From assembly GCA_964584965.1 (NCBI GenBank), contig CAZPBM010000025.1, positions 6,081-70,080 of the forward strand: a DNA stretch of 64,000 nt. Direction: 5' to 3'. The notes beneath the pieces are model-generated. The model was given only the letters and a program-made list of their open reading frames with translations. It did no database searches and had not been told where the DNA came from. Shown here piece by piece: positions 48,196-58,260 of this stretch (positions are counted from its first letter, which is position 1; every line of letters begins with the position of its first letter). The position numbers and the translations under genes were made by a program. Source of the DNA: an uncultured Candidatus Bathyarchaeia archaeon (GTDB lineage: Archaea > Thermoproteota > Bathyarchaeia > Bathyarchaeales > DTEX01).

Positions 48196-49284
48196 ATGAG
48201 TAAAAGAGCAATTTATATAGCATCAACCAAAGAATTTTCAGGCAAAAGCATCATAACAATAGCGCTGGCGCGCATATCTAGAGATTTAGGAAAAAACGCA
48301 GGATATTTGAAGCCAATAGGTTTACAGTACTCGGTAAATGAAAAGGGAGAACCAAGAGACGAAGACGCTGAAACCATGAGAAAAATTCTGAATCTAAAAG
48401 TTAATACACCTCAGGTTTGCCCCTTTGTTGTTCATAGAGAGAAGATGCTAGAGCAATTCATGAAAGTCGATTTACAGGAGATTTCACAAAAAATTTTGAC
48501 AGCATACAAGGATGCTTCCGAAGAAAAAGATTTAGTTTTGATTGAGGGACCTCCATCTTTATCTGTCGGGTCTTTTATCGGGTGCCCTGTGCCAAAATTG
48601 GCGACGGATTTTGGTGCCGAAATACTTCTTGTCGAAAAGTACGAGAACGACCTCGTAGTAGACAATATTTTACAAGCTTTAGACTATATCTCAAAATGGA
48701 AATCTAGCTTTCTAGGCGTTATCTTGAACCAAGTTTCTTCTACTAAGATGCAAAAAGCAAAAAACGTTATTAAACCCACGCTTGAAAAAAGCGGAATAAA
48801 CGTTGTAGGCATTATTCCTGAAGACAAGACATTAAGCGTTCTTACAGTAAAGGAAATTCATGACGCAATTGGTGGAAAAATCTTGGCCGGCAAAGACGGC
48901 ATGGACAGAACTGTTCAAACTGTTCTTATAGGTGCAATGACTCCTGAAAGTGCAGCTGGATACTTCCGAAAAGCTGAGGACGACCTTGTCATAACTGGAG
49001 GCGACAGGACGGATATTATTTTTACTGCTTTAGAGGTAGGTGTTTCGGCGCTGATTCTGACAGGAAATTTGTACCCGAGCGTAAAGATCTTTCCACGAGC
49101 TGACGATCTGAAAATTCCAATAATTTTGGTGCCCTTTGATACTTATACTACCCTCCAAATGGTACAGAAAATCATTGGAAGAATTAAGCCTACAGACGAA
49201 GAAAGAATAAAAAAAGCAACAAGACTAGTTAAAGAAAATGTTGATTGGAAACAGATCCTTCAAATAGGCTCGCATTCAAACTAG
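48196..49284 (+). CDS. Pta-N-terminal-like protein (BioD-like P-loop domain plus DRTGG domain), no PTA catalytic domain
   Basis: IYIASTKEFSGKSIITIALA...YLKPIG resembles the N-terminal domain of E. coli-type Pta. VITGGDRTDIIFTALE is the DRTGG motif region. At 362 aa the gene ends before any PTA_PTB domain. Confidence 0.6.
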   Translation: MSKRAIYIASTKEFSGKSIITIALARISRDLGKNAGYLKPIGLQYSVNEKGEPRDEDAETMRKILNLKVNTPQVCPFVVHREKMLEQFMKVDLQEISQKILTAYKDASEEKDLVLIEGPPSLSVGSFIGCPVPKLATDFGAEILLVEKYENDLVVDNILQALDYISKWKSSFLGVILNQVSSTKMQKAKNVIKPTLEKSGINVVGIIPEDKTLSVLTVKEIHDAIGGKILAGKDGMDRTVQTVLIGAMTPESAAGYFRKAEDDLVITGGDRTDIIFTALEVGVSALILTGNLYPSVKIFPRADDLKIPIILVPFDTYTTLQMVQKIIGRIKPTDEERIKKATRLVKENVDWKQILQIGSHSN

Positions 49285-49321
49285 AAATATATTACAAAAG
49301 GTATACGACGGGGATAACCTC

Positions 49322-51103
49322 ATGCCACTGAGGCAACCAATCGTGTGCGTTCTTGGGCACGTTGATACTGGGAAAACTTTGCTGCTTGATCAAATCAGAA
49401 AAAGCAACGTTCAAGCGAGAGAGCCTGGAGGCATGACGCAACACGTTGGCGCGAGTTTCTTTCCAGTTGAAACATTAAAGGAATTGGCTGGTCAACTATT
49501 TCAAAAGTTCGGCGGAGACATACGAATCCCTGGTCTCCTTGTGATTGACACGCCAGGACATGAGGCTTTCACGAATTTGAGAAGAAGAGGCGGCGGAGTT
49601 GCAGACATTGCCATTTTGGTTATAGATATTGTTAAGGGCTTTGAAGCCCAAACTTTCGAGTCTATTGAAATCTTGAAATCTAGAAAAACGCCCTTCGTTG
49701 TGGCAGCGAACAAAGTTGACCGAATAGCAGGATGGATTCCTCACTCTACCCTTTCTTTCATGGAATCTTACAAGGCACAAGACCGGTTTGTGCAACAATC
49801 CGTAGATGAACACTTGTACAATATCATCGGAAAATTTTCTGAAATTGGATTCAGAGCAGACAGGTTTGACAAGATCACCGATTTTACACGTACAATAGCT
49901 ATTGTTCCAACAAGCGCCAAAACAGGCGAAGGCATCACTGAGCTGATGGCTGTATTAATAGGGCTTACGCAGCAGTTCCTTAGAAGCAGGCTTCAGACTA
50001 CAAGTGGTCCTGCGAAAGGCACGGTTCTTGAGGTCAAAGAAGAAACTGGACTTGGAACAACCATTAATGTCATAATATATGACGGTGTTCTCCGAAAAAA
50101 TGACACTATAGTCTTAGGCGGAAAAGTCAAACCTATCGAAACAACGGTTCGAGCACTTTTGTTACCCAAACCGCTTGACGAAATCAGGGACCCAAGAGAC
50201 AAATTTTCCAACATGGACGAAGTATCTGCAGCTGCTGGCGTAAAAATTGTGGCACCAAATCTCGACGATGCGTTAGCTGGAGCTCCAATTTATGCGGTAC
50301 CATCTCAAACCGAGCTGGCAAACTATGTAAATGAGGTTTCGGAAGAAGTACAGAAGATCCGAGTGTCAACTAACATTAACGGTGTGATTCTGAAGACGGA
50401 TACTTTAGGGTCTCTAGAGGCAATAGCTGAAAATCTACAAAGAGAAAACATTCCAATAAGACTAGCCGACGTTGGCGACATTTCAAAAAGAGACATTGCA
50501 GAAGCCGTAGTGGTTAAGGAAAACGAACCCTTGTACGCAGCTGTCCTAGGCTTCAACGTAAAAATTCTACCTGATGCTATAGAAGAAGCTGAAAATCGGA
50601 AAATTCCAGTTTTCAGGGAAAAAATAATCTATCATTTGGTTGACGAATATTTAAAATGGATGCGGCAGGAAAAGGAAGCTCGAGAAAAAACCGAATTTGA
50701 CAAGCTTACAAGACCAGGCAAAGTTAAAGTTCTTTCAGGATATATCTTTAGAAAAGCCAAGCCAGCCATAGTTGGAGTTGAAGTTTTAGCTGGAAAAATC
50801 CAGCCCAGAGCACGACTGATTACTTCAGATGGGAAAGGAGTGGGAGAGATACTTCAGATTCAAGAGAAAGGTGAGGCAATTTCCTCAGCTGAAGTTGGGA
50901 AACAGGTTGCTATCTCAATGGATAAACCTGTCGTAGGTCGCCACTTCAACGAGGAAGACATACTCTATGTTGAAGTTCCAGAAGATCACGTGAAAAAATT
51001 ACTCTCGAAATTTCAAGACAGACTAAATCAAGATGAGCTGGACTGTTTAAACGAATACATCGAAATAATGAGAAAAACAACACCATTCTGGGGTTCATAC
51101 TAA
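49322..51103 (+). CDS. infB: translation initiation factor aIF5B (IF2 family GTPase)
   Basis: PIVCVLGHVDTGKTLLLDQIR, DTPGHEAF and NKVD match. Length and domain order are typical. Confidence 0.9.
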   Translation: MPLRQPIVCVLGHVDTGKTLLLDQIRKSNVQAREPGGMTQHVGASFFPVETLKELAGQLFQKFGGDIRIPGLLVIDTPGHEAFTNLRRRGGGVADIAILVIDIVKGFEAQTFESIEILKSRKTPFVVAANKVDRIAGWIPHSTLSFMESYKAQDRFVQQSVDEHLYNIIGKFSEIGFRADRFDKITDFTRTIAIVPTSAKTGEGITELMAVLIGLTQQFLRSRLQTTSGPAKGTVLEVKEETGLGTTINVIIYDGVLRKNDTIVLGGKVKPIETTVRALLLPKPLDEIRDPRDKFSNMDEVSAAAGVKIVAPNLDDALAGAPIYAVPSQTELANYVNEVSEEVQKIRVSTNINGVILKTDTLGSLEAIAENLQRENIPIRLADVGDISKRDIAEAVVVKENEPLYAAVLGFNVKILPDAIEEAENRKIPVFREKIIYHLVDEYLKWMRQEKEAREKTEFDKLTRPGKVKVLSGYIFRKAKPAIVGVEVLAGKIQPRARLITSDGKGVGEILQIQEKGEAISSAEVGKQVAISMDKPVVGRHFNEEDILYVEVPEDHVKKLLSKFQDRLNQDELDCLNEYIEIMRKTTPFWGSY

Positions 51104-51130
51104 TAGAATGGTAAACTACGTGTTTCCTTT

Positions 51131-53074
51131 TTATTCTCCTCTTCTCCTCCAATATATGAAAAATCCCACAGCAGAAACCGTTGCACCTATCGCAGCTGCA
51201 ATATATAGGAGGTTCTGGAAAATGAAGGAAACTAGGACGTTCAACCACGTATCATTGACCACAAATTGTAGAGATTCGCTTGTCGAAGGCAAATACACAT
51301 CGTCTCCTGCTAAATACGCCTGTACTTTCCAAGTTCCTGGCAGCTGGGGTGTAAATTCAATACTGAATGTTCCTTCAGAATTTACGTAAGTATATTTTTC
51401 GATGATGGTAGAATTGGGCATCATAAATGCCAACTTTATAGGTTTCCCCGTATTAATGGGGTTGACATTACCTGTGATTGTGATTTTGCCTCCCAAATCT
51501 ATTATGTCTTTAGACATTGAACAATTAAGTAACGTTGGAACCTTCTGAACAACGAACTTTTTTTGATCACCTGAGGCTGCAAAATGAGTTTCATCACCTT
51601 GCCAATACGCCGAGACTGTCCAATTGCCAATTTTTTCAGGCATGTATAGATCGGTGAATGAGCCATTTTGGTTAACTGTCACGTATCTGATGGCTTTTTT
51701 GTCTCCACAAGTATAATTAAGCATTATTATAGCTCCTGCAACTGGCATTTGACCTGAGACTTCAACTTTTTCATTAGCAAAAATTATGCTCTGGTGTAAG
51801 AAGATTGTTAGATTAGGTTGATCCTTTACTTTGAAACTTCCTTGACCCTCAGCTTCGTTTCCAGCCATATCTGAAGCTGAAATAACATAATTTATTGTTG
51901 TTCCAGCTGGCTGTGCTGGAATTGTACACTTATAGGTCTGATTGATGACATTACTCATCGAAGTCGAAGTAACAGTTCTCCAATTGTCACTTGTATATTT
52001 CAACAAAACTGTTTTTAAAGAATCCTGATCTTTCACATCTACAAATAATATAGTCTCATTTCCTGCAACAACAGTTGAAATTGGGTTCAGAATGCTGATT
52101 TCAGGAGGATTGAAGTCGGTCTTTATCATAAACTTTATCAAACCATTCCCATTTTCGCCAATCAAAACAAGATGATATAAGACTGTGTCTCCTTTTGATG
52201 GAGATGAATAGTTAATGACCATATCGTCTCCAAAGTACTCGCAGCTTGCGGTTGCTGATGAAATCTTAAATCCATCATCTTCTAAGTTGTACCCTCCATA
52301 CAATCTTGAAGTGTCTAAGTTACCATATAGACCAGGTTCCCAAGCTACTGGTTCACCATTCATCAGATTTCCAAAGTTTTTGCTGGGATTCGCCATAACG
52401 TAAAGCCTAGCTTCATACATGTCTAGCGTGTTTGGGACATCAATTAATACTTCAACTCTGCTACTGTTCGTCGAAAACTCATAGGCCCAAGTGGTATTGT
52501 ATACGTGTTCAAAATTGACTTTGCCAGTAATATACCGTTCGTGCCATCTATTGCATTCGACATTTTCAATAAGCATGAAGGTCGCAGCAGATTCTCCACG
52601 GCTTTCCTTAAGGTCATTTACAATAAGGAAACTATAGTTCCCAGAAAGCTTTGGCTTGAAAAACGGATCATCGACAGTTGTGCCTAAATGTTCAGGAAGC
52701 CCTGCTGCCTCAGTATGAAGGGTCTCAAGATTACCTTTCGGATCATAAACATATATGTCATAGTCAGTTAGGGTTCCAATCCAATCTCCGTAAAAATAAA
52801 CATGATAGACAGAATCTCGGCTTAGAGTATAAACGAAGGTCCAATTGCAGCCTACAGGAATCTGAGAGGCATTTATTTTAACAGGATAAACAGGCTTCTG
52901 TACATAAGTCCAGTTACCAAGATTATACGGGATATTTAGTGTTCTTGACGCACTAACTGTAATGTTTGGCATGAACTCTACGTTGACATAAACGAATATT
53001 AGGATCAACAGAATTTTCAAGACTGCTGCATCTTGCTTTCTAAACAACCACAGTCCTTCCCTGAGTAATAACAC
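51131..53074 (-). CDS. secreted surface (S-layer-candidate) glycoprotein with a C-terminal TM anchor
   Basis: It has an N-terminal signal/anchor and a beta-rich repetitive body. There are 17 N-x-S/T sequons. The C-terminus is LLYIAAAIGATVSAVGFFIYWRRRGE. Confidence 0.5.
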   Translation of the reverse strand: MLLLREGLWLFRKQDAAVLKILLILIFVYVNVEFMPNITVSASRTLNIPYNLGNWTYVQKPVYPVKINASQIPVGCNWTFVYTLSRDSVYHVYFYGDWIGTLTDYDIYVYDPKGNLETLHTEAAGLPEHLGTTVDDPFFKPKLSGNYSFLIVNDLKESRGESAATFMLIENVECNRWHERYITGKVNFEHVYNTTWAYEFSTNSSRVEVLIDVPNTLDMYEARLYVMANPSKNFGNLMNGEPVAWEPGLYGNLDTSRLYGGYNLEDDGFKISSATASCEYFGDDMVINYSSPSKGDTVLYHLVLIGENGNGLIKFMIKTDFNPPEISILNPISTVVAGNETILFVDVKDQDSLKTVLLKYTSDNWRTVTSTSMSNVINQTYKCTIPAQPAGTTINYVISASDMAGNEAEGQGSFKVKDQPNLTIFLHQSIIFANEKVEVSGQMPVAGAIIMLNYTCGDKKAIRYVTVNQNGSFTDLYMPEKIGNWTVSAYWQGDETHFAASGDQKKFVVQKVPTLLNCSMSKDIIDLGGKITITGNVNPINTGKPIKLAFMMPNSTIIEKYTYVNSEGTFSIEFTPQLPGTWKVQAYLAGDDVYLPSTSESLQFVVNDTWLNVLVSFIFQNLLYIAAAIGATVSAVGFFIYWRRRGE

Positions 53075-53263
53075 GATATCGTAAATATGATTTGAAAACA
53101 GTTGCTGACGCCTAAAATAGTTATGAACAAAACGTCTATACGGTGAAATCGCTTTTTGAAATGAAGATGAAAACTTATATCTTAATATTTTTCTTTCAAA
53201 AATGGGGAATACGAATCAGCCGAAATCCGAGATCTTAGCTGCCCTTCAATATCAAGCAGGTCA

Positions 53264-53500
53264 CTAGCTAGGAGCCACTGGCTTTTTTGCCACCATTCCT
53301 ACGCTGAATATGAAGCCACAATTCGCACACTCAATTGTATATCGGCCTATTGACTTCAATCTTCTCGAACGGCATTTTGGACAGCTTAGCTTGGTTACAA
53401 GCTGTTCGACTGATTCGTCTAACGCAAAAAACATGGTGGAAGGTTTAAAGGCTTTTATAGCGATATAAAGGATTATCAGTACCGCAACAGCTGCAAACAA
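53264..53500 (-). CDS. small membrane-anchored zinc-ribbon protein
   Basis: An N-terminal TM helix is followed by CPKCRSRR...CANCG. It uses a TTG start and lies immediately downstream of ftsZ. Confidence 0.4.
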   Translation of the reverse strand: MFAAVAVLIILYIAIKAFKPSTMFFALDESVEQLVTKLSCPKCRSRRLKSIGRYTIECANCGFIFSVGMVAKKPVAPS

Positions 53501-53559
53501 CAGTATTATGTAAGTTATTAGCTCGTTGATTTTGCTTGTCTCCTATATGTTTTAAGTGT

Positions 53560-54642
53560 TTACTCACTGAATAGCTTTCCAAAGAATCCTTTCTTAGGTG
53601 GTGCTTCCTTCTTAACTTCGACTTGTTGCCCCTCTCCTGTTGGAGCTGCCATTGCACCGATAGGCGGAAGTTCTCCTATAAGGAATGGACTTTCGACTCC
53701 TGCTAGGACCACTGTTGCACGCATTGTTCCTTGCATTGCGCTGTTGACTCTGGCGCCCCATGAGACCCTTGCTGTTGGAGATATTCTGCTTATGACCAAT
53801 TCTCCTGCTCTGTTGACGTCCTCCAAGGTCATGTCGTCGCCGCCTTCAAGGTGGACCAGTGCGCCCTCAGATTTCCTGATGTCACCAATGTCAAGTAGTT
53901 GTGCGTTTAATGCTCTTTCTACTGCATCTTCGACCTTTGTGTCTCCTTGCCCTTCACCAACACCCATGGCGCATACTCCGCTTCCCATCATGATCGCTTT
54001 CAAGTCTGCAAAGTCAAGGTTTACAAGGCTTGGTGTGGCGATGGTTTCAGCAGTGTTCTTTATGAAGGTTGCGATGAGTTCGTTGGCAACTGCGAAAGCT
54101 TCTGAAAGTGGCAAGTTTCCTGCGACTTTTCTGAGCCTATTGTTGTCAATGACAATTACTGCATCACATACCTCAACCAGCCTTTTCAGACCTTCCTTTG
54201 CTTTTATAAGTCGAGCCCTCTCAACAGAGAACGGTGTGGTAACAACCGCCAGCGTCAAAGCACCCATTTCCTTAGCCAACTTAGCTACCACGGGAGAAGC
54301 ACCTGTTCCTGTTCCACCGCCAAGACCTGTTGTAATGAAGACGAGTCCCATGCCTGATATTAGTTTCTCAATTTCCTCTAAGCTTTCCTCGGCAGCTTTG
54401 GCGCCCTGTTCTGGAAACCCTCCGCATCCTAGACCGCCAGTTACCTTGTATCCTAAGAGTACCCTTTGATCAGCCTTTGTAATGCTTAAGTGCTGAGCGT
54501 CGCTGTTCAATCCGTAGACTCTTGCGCCTGAAACTTCTTTTCCCTTCATCCATGATATAATGTTACACCCAGCTCCACCGATTCCTAAAACAGCTATCTG
54601 CGGGATAGCTTCTCTAGCTATCTCTTCAATACTTCGCTCCAT
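53560..54642 (-). CDS. ftsZ: cell division GTPase FtsZ
   Basis: IAVLGIGGAGCN, the tubulin signature TTGLGGGTGTGASPVVA, and NLDFADL are present. Confidence 0.9.
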   Translation of the reverse strand: MERSIEEIAREAIPQIAVLGIGGAGCNIISWMKGKEVSGARVYGLNSDAQHLSITKADQRVLLGYKVTGGLGCGGFPEQGAKAAEESLEEIEKLISGMGLVFITTGLGGGTGTGASPVVAKLAKEMGALTLAVVTTPFSVERARLIKAKEGLKRLVEVCDAVIVIDNNRLRKVAGNLPLSEAFAVANELIATFIKNTAETIATPSLVNLDFADLKAIMMGSGVCAMGVGEGQGDTKVEDAVERALNAQLLDIGDIRKSEGALVHLEGGDDMTLEDVNRAGELVISRISPTARVSWGARVNSAMQGTMRATVVLAGVESPFLIGELPPIGAMAAPTGEGQQVEVKKEAPPKKGFFGKLFSE

Positions 54643-54901
54643 TTTTTTATCTCCTTTTATCTTAATTTTTTATTTTCCATAAGCTCGATTTTTATTTATA
54701 CAATCGTAGATATAAAGCTTTCCAAGAGTATATCTAGATTAAATATATTAGTATACTATATTAGAATATTAGAGTATTGCAAAATGGTTAAAAAATACAA
54801 ATGTAGAAATGATTTTTAGAAACCATAAAGTAAAGTGAAAAGTGAATTAAACAATAACTTTTATATACTAAAAAAGCGAAGTTTTTGCTGAGGAATCAGT
54901 C

Positions 54902-55093
54902 TTGGCAGAACAACCAGTAGAAACAAAAGATTATGAAGAAATTGTTGTTAAGCTTGCCCTTTCAAAAGACTACCTAAAAAAGCTCGACCAGCTTATTGAC
55001 ATAAAAAGAATTTTTTCAAGTAGAGCTGAGGCTTTGAGAAGATCGCTTGAGCTTCTCTTTGAAAAATACCAAGACTCACTAAAAGAGAATTAA
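54902..55093 (+). CDS. ribbon-helix-helix (CopG-like) protein, putative
   Basis: 63 aa with a TTG start. VVKLALSKDYLKKLDQLI...SSRAEALRRSLELLFEKY fits a beta-strand plus two helices. Confidence 0.4.
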   Translation: MAEQPVETKDYEEIVVKLALSKDYLKKLDQLIDIKRIFSSRAEALRRSLELLFEKYQDSLKEN

Positions 55094-55225
55094 CGCCATA
55101 TTAACAAAAAATCTGGAATTTCCCAAGAAATATCAACAAACAATTTTTTTTGTTTCTATATGCTTCTATTAATCGTAATACTCTTCTTTTTCTGAGAAAT
55201 TCTAATTTAAAGCATGCGTTGTTAT

Positions 55226-56041
55226 TCAGTTCTTACTACAAAGGTCCTTAATGTAATTTAGGGTATTTTTCAATGACTTGTCAATCTCGGAGTTAGCTTC
55301 ATATTCCATAATTAAGTATCCATTATAATGTATTTTTTTTAATGCATTAATGAACTCTTCAAATTTAATAATTCCTTTTCCTGGAGGTAGCCTTTCATTG
55401 TCTGCTAAGTGGATGTACGCCAATTTTTTATTTGCCTTATGAACACATTCTCTAAGAGGGTAGTTTTCTTGGTGTACATGATATATGTCAATCATAACAA
55501 AAATATTGTCTTCCCCAACTTCGTCAAGCATGCGTAGCGCGTCATCAACATTATTTAACAATTGAGCATGTTGTTTACATGCAAATTCAACAACAAACGT
55601 TTTATTATACTGTCTGCAAAGTTTACCCACGTTTTTTAGGCTATCTACTGCCATTTTCCATGCATCATAGTACGAGGTCTCCAGAATAGATCCTTGAAAC
55701 GCCCATCCTGCCTGAATAATGTCGCAGTCAAGTTCATTGGCGATTTTCATACATTGAGTCAAATATTCAAAGGATTTGCTCCTTACCTTTGGCTTGGGAG
55801 ATGTAAGGTAAAAATTATGCGTAACGTACAAATGTCTCGTACCAATCGCAGCAACCTCTATGCCCCATTTCTGTAAAGAATTCTTGATTAAATCTACCTT
55901 CAAAGCAGTGGGCCACTCTTTAAAGTTGAGTTCAATGCCTTGATAGCCAATTAGAGATGCCTTCTCCACAATTTGTTGATGTGACAAACCAGAGTTCTCG
56001 TACATTACTGTACTAAAGCCAAGTTTCAAATTGTCCACCAA
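55226..56041 (-). CDS. sugar phosphate isomerase/epimerase (xylose-isomerase-like TIM barrel)
   Basis: GYQGIELNF, FVVEF...and YIHLADN..PPGKG..F fit the AP_endonuc_2 fold pattern. Confidence 0.7.
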   Translation of the reverse strand: MVDNLKLGFSTVMYENSGLSHQQIVEKASLIGYQGIELNFKEWPTALKVDLIKNSLQKWGIEVAAIGTRHLYVTHNFYLTSPKPKVRSKSFEYLTQCMKIANELDCDIIQAGWAFQGSILETSYYDAWKMAVDSLKNVGKLCRQYNKTFVVEFACKQHAQLLNNVDDALRMLDEVGEDNIFVMIDIYHVHQENYPLRECVHKANKKLAYIHLADNERLPPGKGIIKFEEFINALKKIHYNGYLIMEYEANSEIDKSLKNTLNYIKDLCSKN

Positions 56042-56152
56042 AGAAAGAGATTGTAATTGTTATCATAAATCATATTACAATATAAAAAATTTGAAAAAGA
56101 AAAAAAGGAATTTCAACTAATAATAGTTACAAACTATAGACGGAAGAATTTG

Positions 56153-57544
56153 CTATATCATCTTCTTTAGTTCATCCAGCCATGGGTATAATTTCTTTAA
56201 CCTTTTCATTGCTTCTGCGACTTTTTCTTCGGGATATTCGTAGGGCAACAGTTTTCCACTAAAGTAGTCTGCGTAAGCCTGCATGTCGAAATATCCATGT
56301 CCGCACAGTAAGAACATTATTGTCTTCTTTTCTCCAGTCTTCTTGCATCGTAAGGCTTCATCGACAACCCCTTTAATAGCGTGGGCAGGTTCAGGAGCTG
56401 GAATTATGCCTTCGGTGTTTATGAAAATCTTAGCTGCATCAAACACTTCAACTTGGTTGTAAGCCTTTGTTTGCATCTTCTTTTCTGAGACTAATCGGCT
56501 TATGGTTGGAGCAATTCCGTGATAACGAAGCCCTCCAGCGTGAATTGGAGCAGGAATAAAGTCGTGCCCTATTGTGTGCATCGGAACCAAGGGAGTAAGT
56601 CTTGCAGTGTCTCCATGGTCAAAAGTGTATTCTCCCTTAGTAACTTTTGGGCAAGCAGTTGCTTCAGTAGCTACGAATTGTACGTCTTTAGGAGCTTTTC
56701 CAGAAACTTTGTCATAATAGAATGGCCAGAAAAGTCCTGAAAAGCTGCTTCCACCACCTATGCAGCCATAAATTACATCTGGATAGTCGTCTATGGCATC
56801 CATCTGCTTCTTTGTTTCTAATCCAATCACCGTCTGGTGTAATAATACGTGGTTAAAGACGCTTCCTATGCCATACTTCACCTTATCATTCTTAAGAGCA
56901 TCCTCAACAGCTTCGCTTATCGCTATTCCCAGACTGCCAGGATTGTCAGGATCATCTTTCAGGATTTTTCTTCCACTCTCTGTTTGTTCGCTTGGGCTTG
57001 CGTAAACATCAGCACCATAAGATTCCATCATTATTCTCCGATATGGTTTTTGATTATAGCTAGCCTTTACCATGTAGACTGTACATTTCAGCCCAAACAA
57101 CATACAACCAAATGCCAATGCTGAACCCCACTGTCCAGCACCTGTTTCAGTAGCCATACGTTCTGTGCCTTCCTTCATGTTGTAGTAGGCTTGGGCTACA
57201 GCAGTGTTCGGCTTGTGGCTTCCAGGAGGACTTACACCTTCGTACTTGTAGTAGATCCTAGCTGGCGTCTTCAAAGCCTTCTCAAGCGCAACAGCTCTGA
57301 AGAGGGGAGTTGGCCTCCAAAGCTTGTAGACTTCTCTCACTTCGTCAGGAATATCGATGAATCTTTCTTTACCGATTTCTTGGCCGATAATTGCCTTGGG
57401 AAAAATCAATGGAACTATTCCAGGTCCAGGTTGTCTTTTGTCCGGTTCAATTGTTGGCGGCAAGGGCTTAGGCAAATCAGGAATAATACTGTACCATTGT
57501 TTCGGCAGTTCTTCTTCATCCAAAAGTATTTTTCTTTGCTGCAT
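56153..57544 (-). CDS. trpB: TrpB-like PLP enzyme (tryptophan synthase beta, type 2)
   Basis: [33 protein letters not shown] and the ~460-aa length are typical of TrpB2. Confidence 0.8.
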   Translation of the reverse strand: MQQRKILLDEEELPKQWYSIIPDLPKPLPPTIEPDKRQPGPGIVPLIFPKAIIGQEIGKERFIDIPDEVREVYKLWRPTPLFRAVALEKALKTPARIYYKYEGVSPPGSHKPNTAVAQAYYNMKEGTERMATETGAGQWGSALAFGCMLFGLKCTVYMVKASYNQKPYRRIMMESYGADVYASPSEQTESGRKILKDDPDNPGSLGIAISEAVEDALKNDKVKYGIGSVFNHVLLHQTVIGLETKKQMDAIDDYPDVIYGCIGGGSSFSGLFWPFYYDKVSGKAPKDVQFVATEATACPKVTKGEYTFDHGDTARLTPLVPMHTIGHDFIPAPIHAGGLRYHGIAPTISRLVSEKKMQTKAYNQVEVFDAAKIFINTEGIIPAPEPAHAIKGVVDEALRCKKTGEKKTIMFLLCGHGYFDMQAYADYFSGKLLPYEYPEEKVAEAMKRLKKLYPWLDELKKMI

Positions 57545-57756
57545 TTATTTCGCCTGTGTTTCGATTTGTTGATTTTCTATAGGAAAGAAATGTCATATTT
57601 AAATCTTATTAGTACATTTTTGTACATAATAATGAAGAACTACAAAAACTCAAAACGACCACATCAAAGAACAACAGCATAACAACAAAATCCAAAGAAG
57701 AGATGCAAATTAGTCAATACGTCTGATAATCATCTCAATTTGAAATTTTTCAAAAC

Positions 57757-57781
57757 TGGTGCGACCGCCGAGATTCGAACC
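57757..57781 (-). other. orphan tRNA 3' fragment (T-loop to CCA)
   Basis: The minus strand reads GGUUCGAAUCUCGGCGGUCGCACCA. The complementary T-stem strand and 5' acceptor strand (GCGACCG) are absent upstream. Confidence 0.5.
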
Positions 57782-57880
57782 TCTAGTTCTGGTGCCCTCA
57801 CTCTTGTTTTTCGTTTTTGTTTTCATATGAGGACACCGTTTAGAGGTTATGGCAGCGGTTTAAGTTAAAGTTTTCTAGTT

Positions 57881-58240
57881 TTGGCAATGCCTTTGCCAAG
57901 GCTGTGCCATCATACTCGTTGCTTTAAAGTTTTCATTCTTTCATTCGTTAGGGGCTCCAAGTTGGCAGGTTTGGATAGCTGTGATGAGGTAACAGAGTTT
58001 CTTTCTATTTTGAAGGCTGGGACTCGCGGCGTTTATGCCGCAGGGCTGAAGCTTTTCCAGCAATACTATTCCAGCAGAGGGTCAATAAGGGGCTTCTTGA
58101 ACTGTGTGGAGTGTGAACGTTTTTTACCTAGGCATGCAAAGAGGCGCATAGCCACTGAAACACTTAACGGCTTTGCGGCTTGGCTTCAGAATCGCGGCTA
58201 TGCACCGAAAACCGTCAGAGTTTATGTTGGGGCTGTTTAA
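57881..58240 (+). pseudogene. tyrosine recombinase/integrase, N-terminal SAM-like domain only
   Basis: EFLSILKAGTRGVYAAGLKLFQQYY...TLNGFAAWLQNRGYAPKTVRVYVGAV* resembles the phage-integrase N-terminal domain. There is no catalytic domain. After the TAA the same frame continues SLAKYYNIP.. for about 20 codons. Confidence 0.5.
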
Positions 58241-58260
58241 AGCCTAGCCAAATACTATAA

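Noticed and set aside
53744-54469. A 241-aa plus-strand ORF.
   Set aside because: It is antisense to ftsZ, and its composition is typical of the shadow frame of a G/A/V-rich gene.
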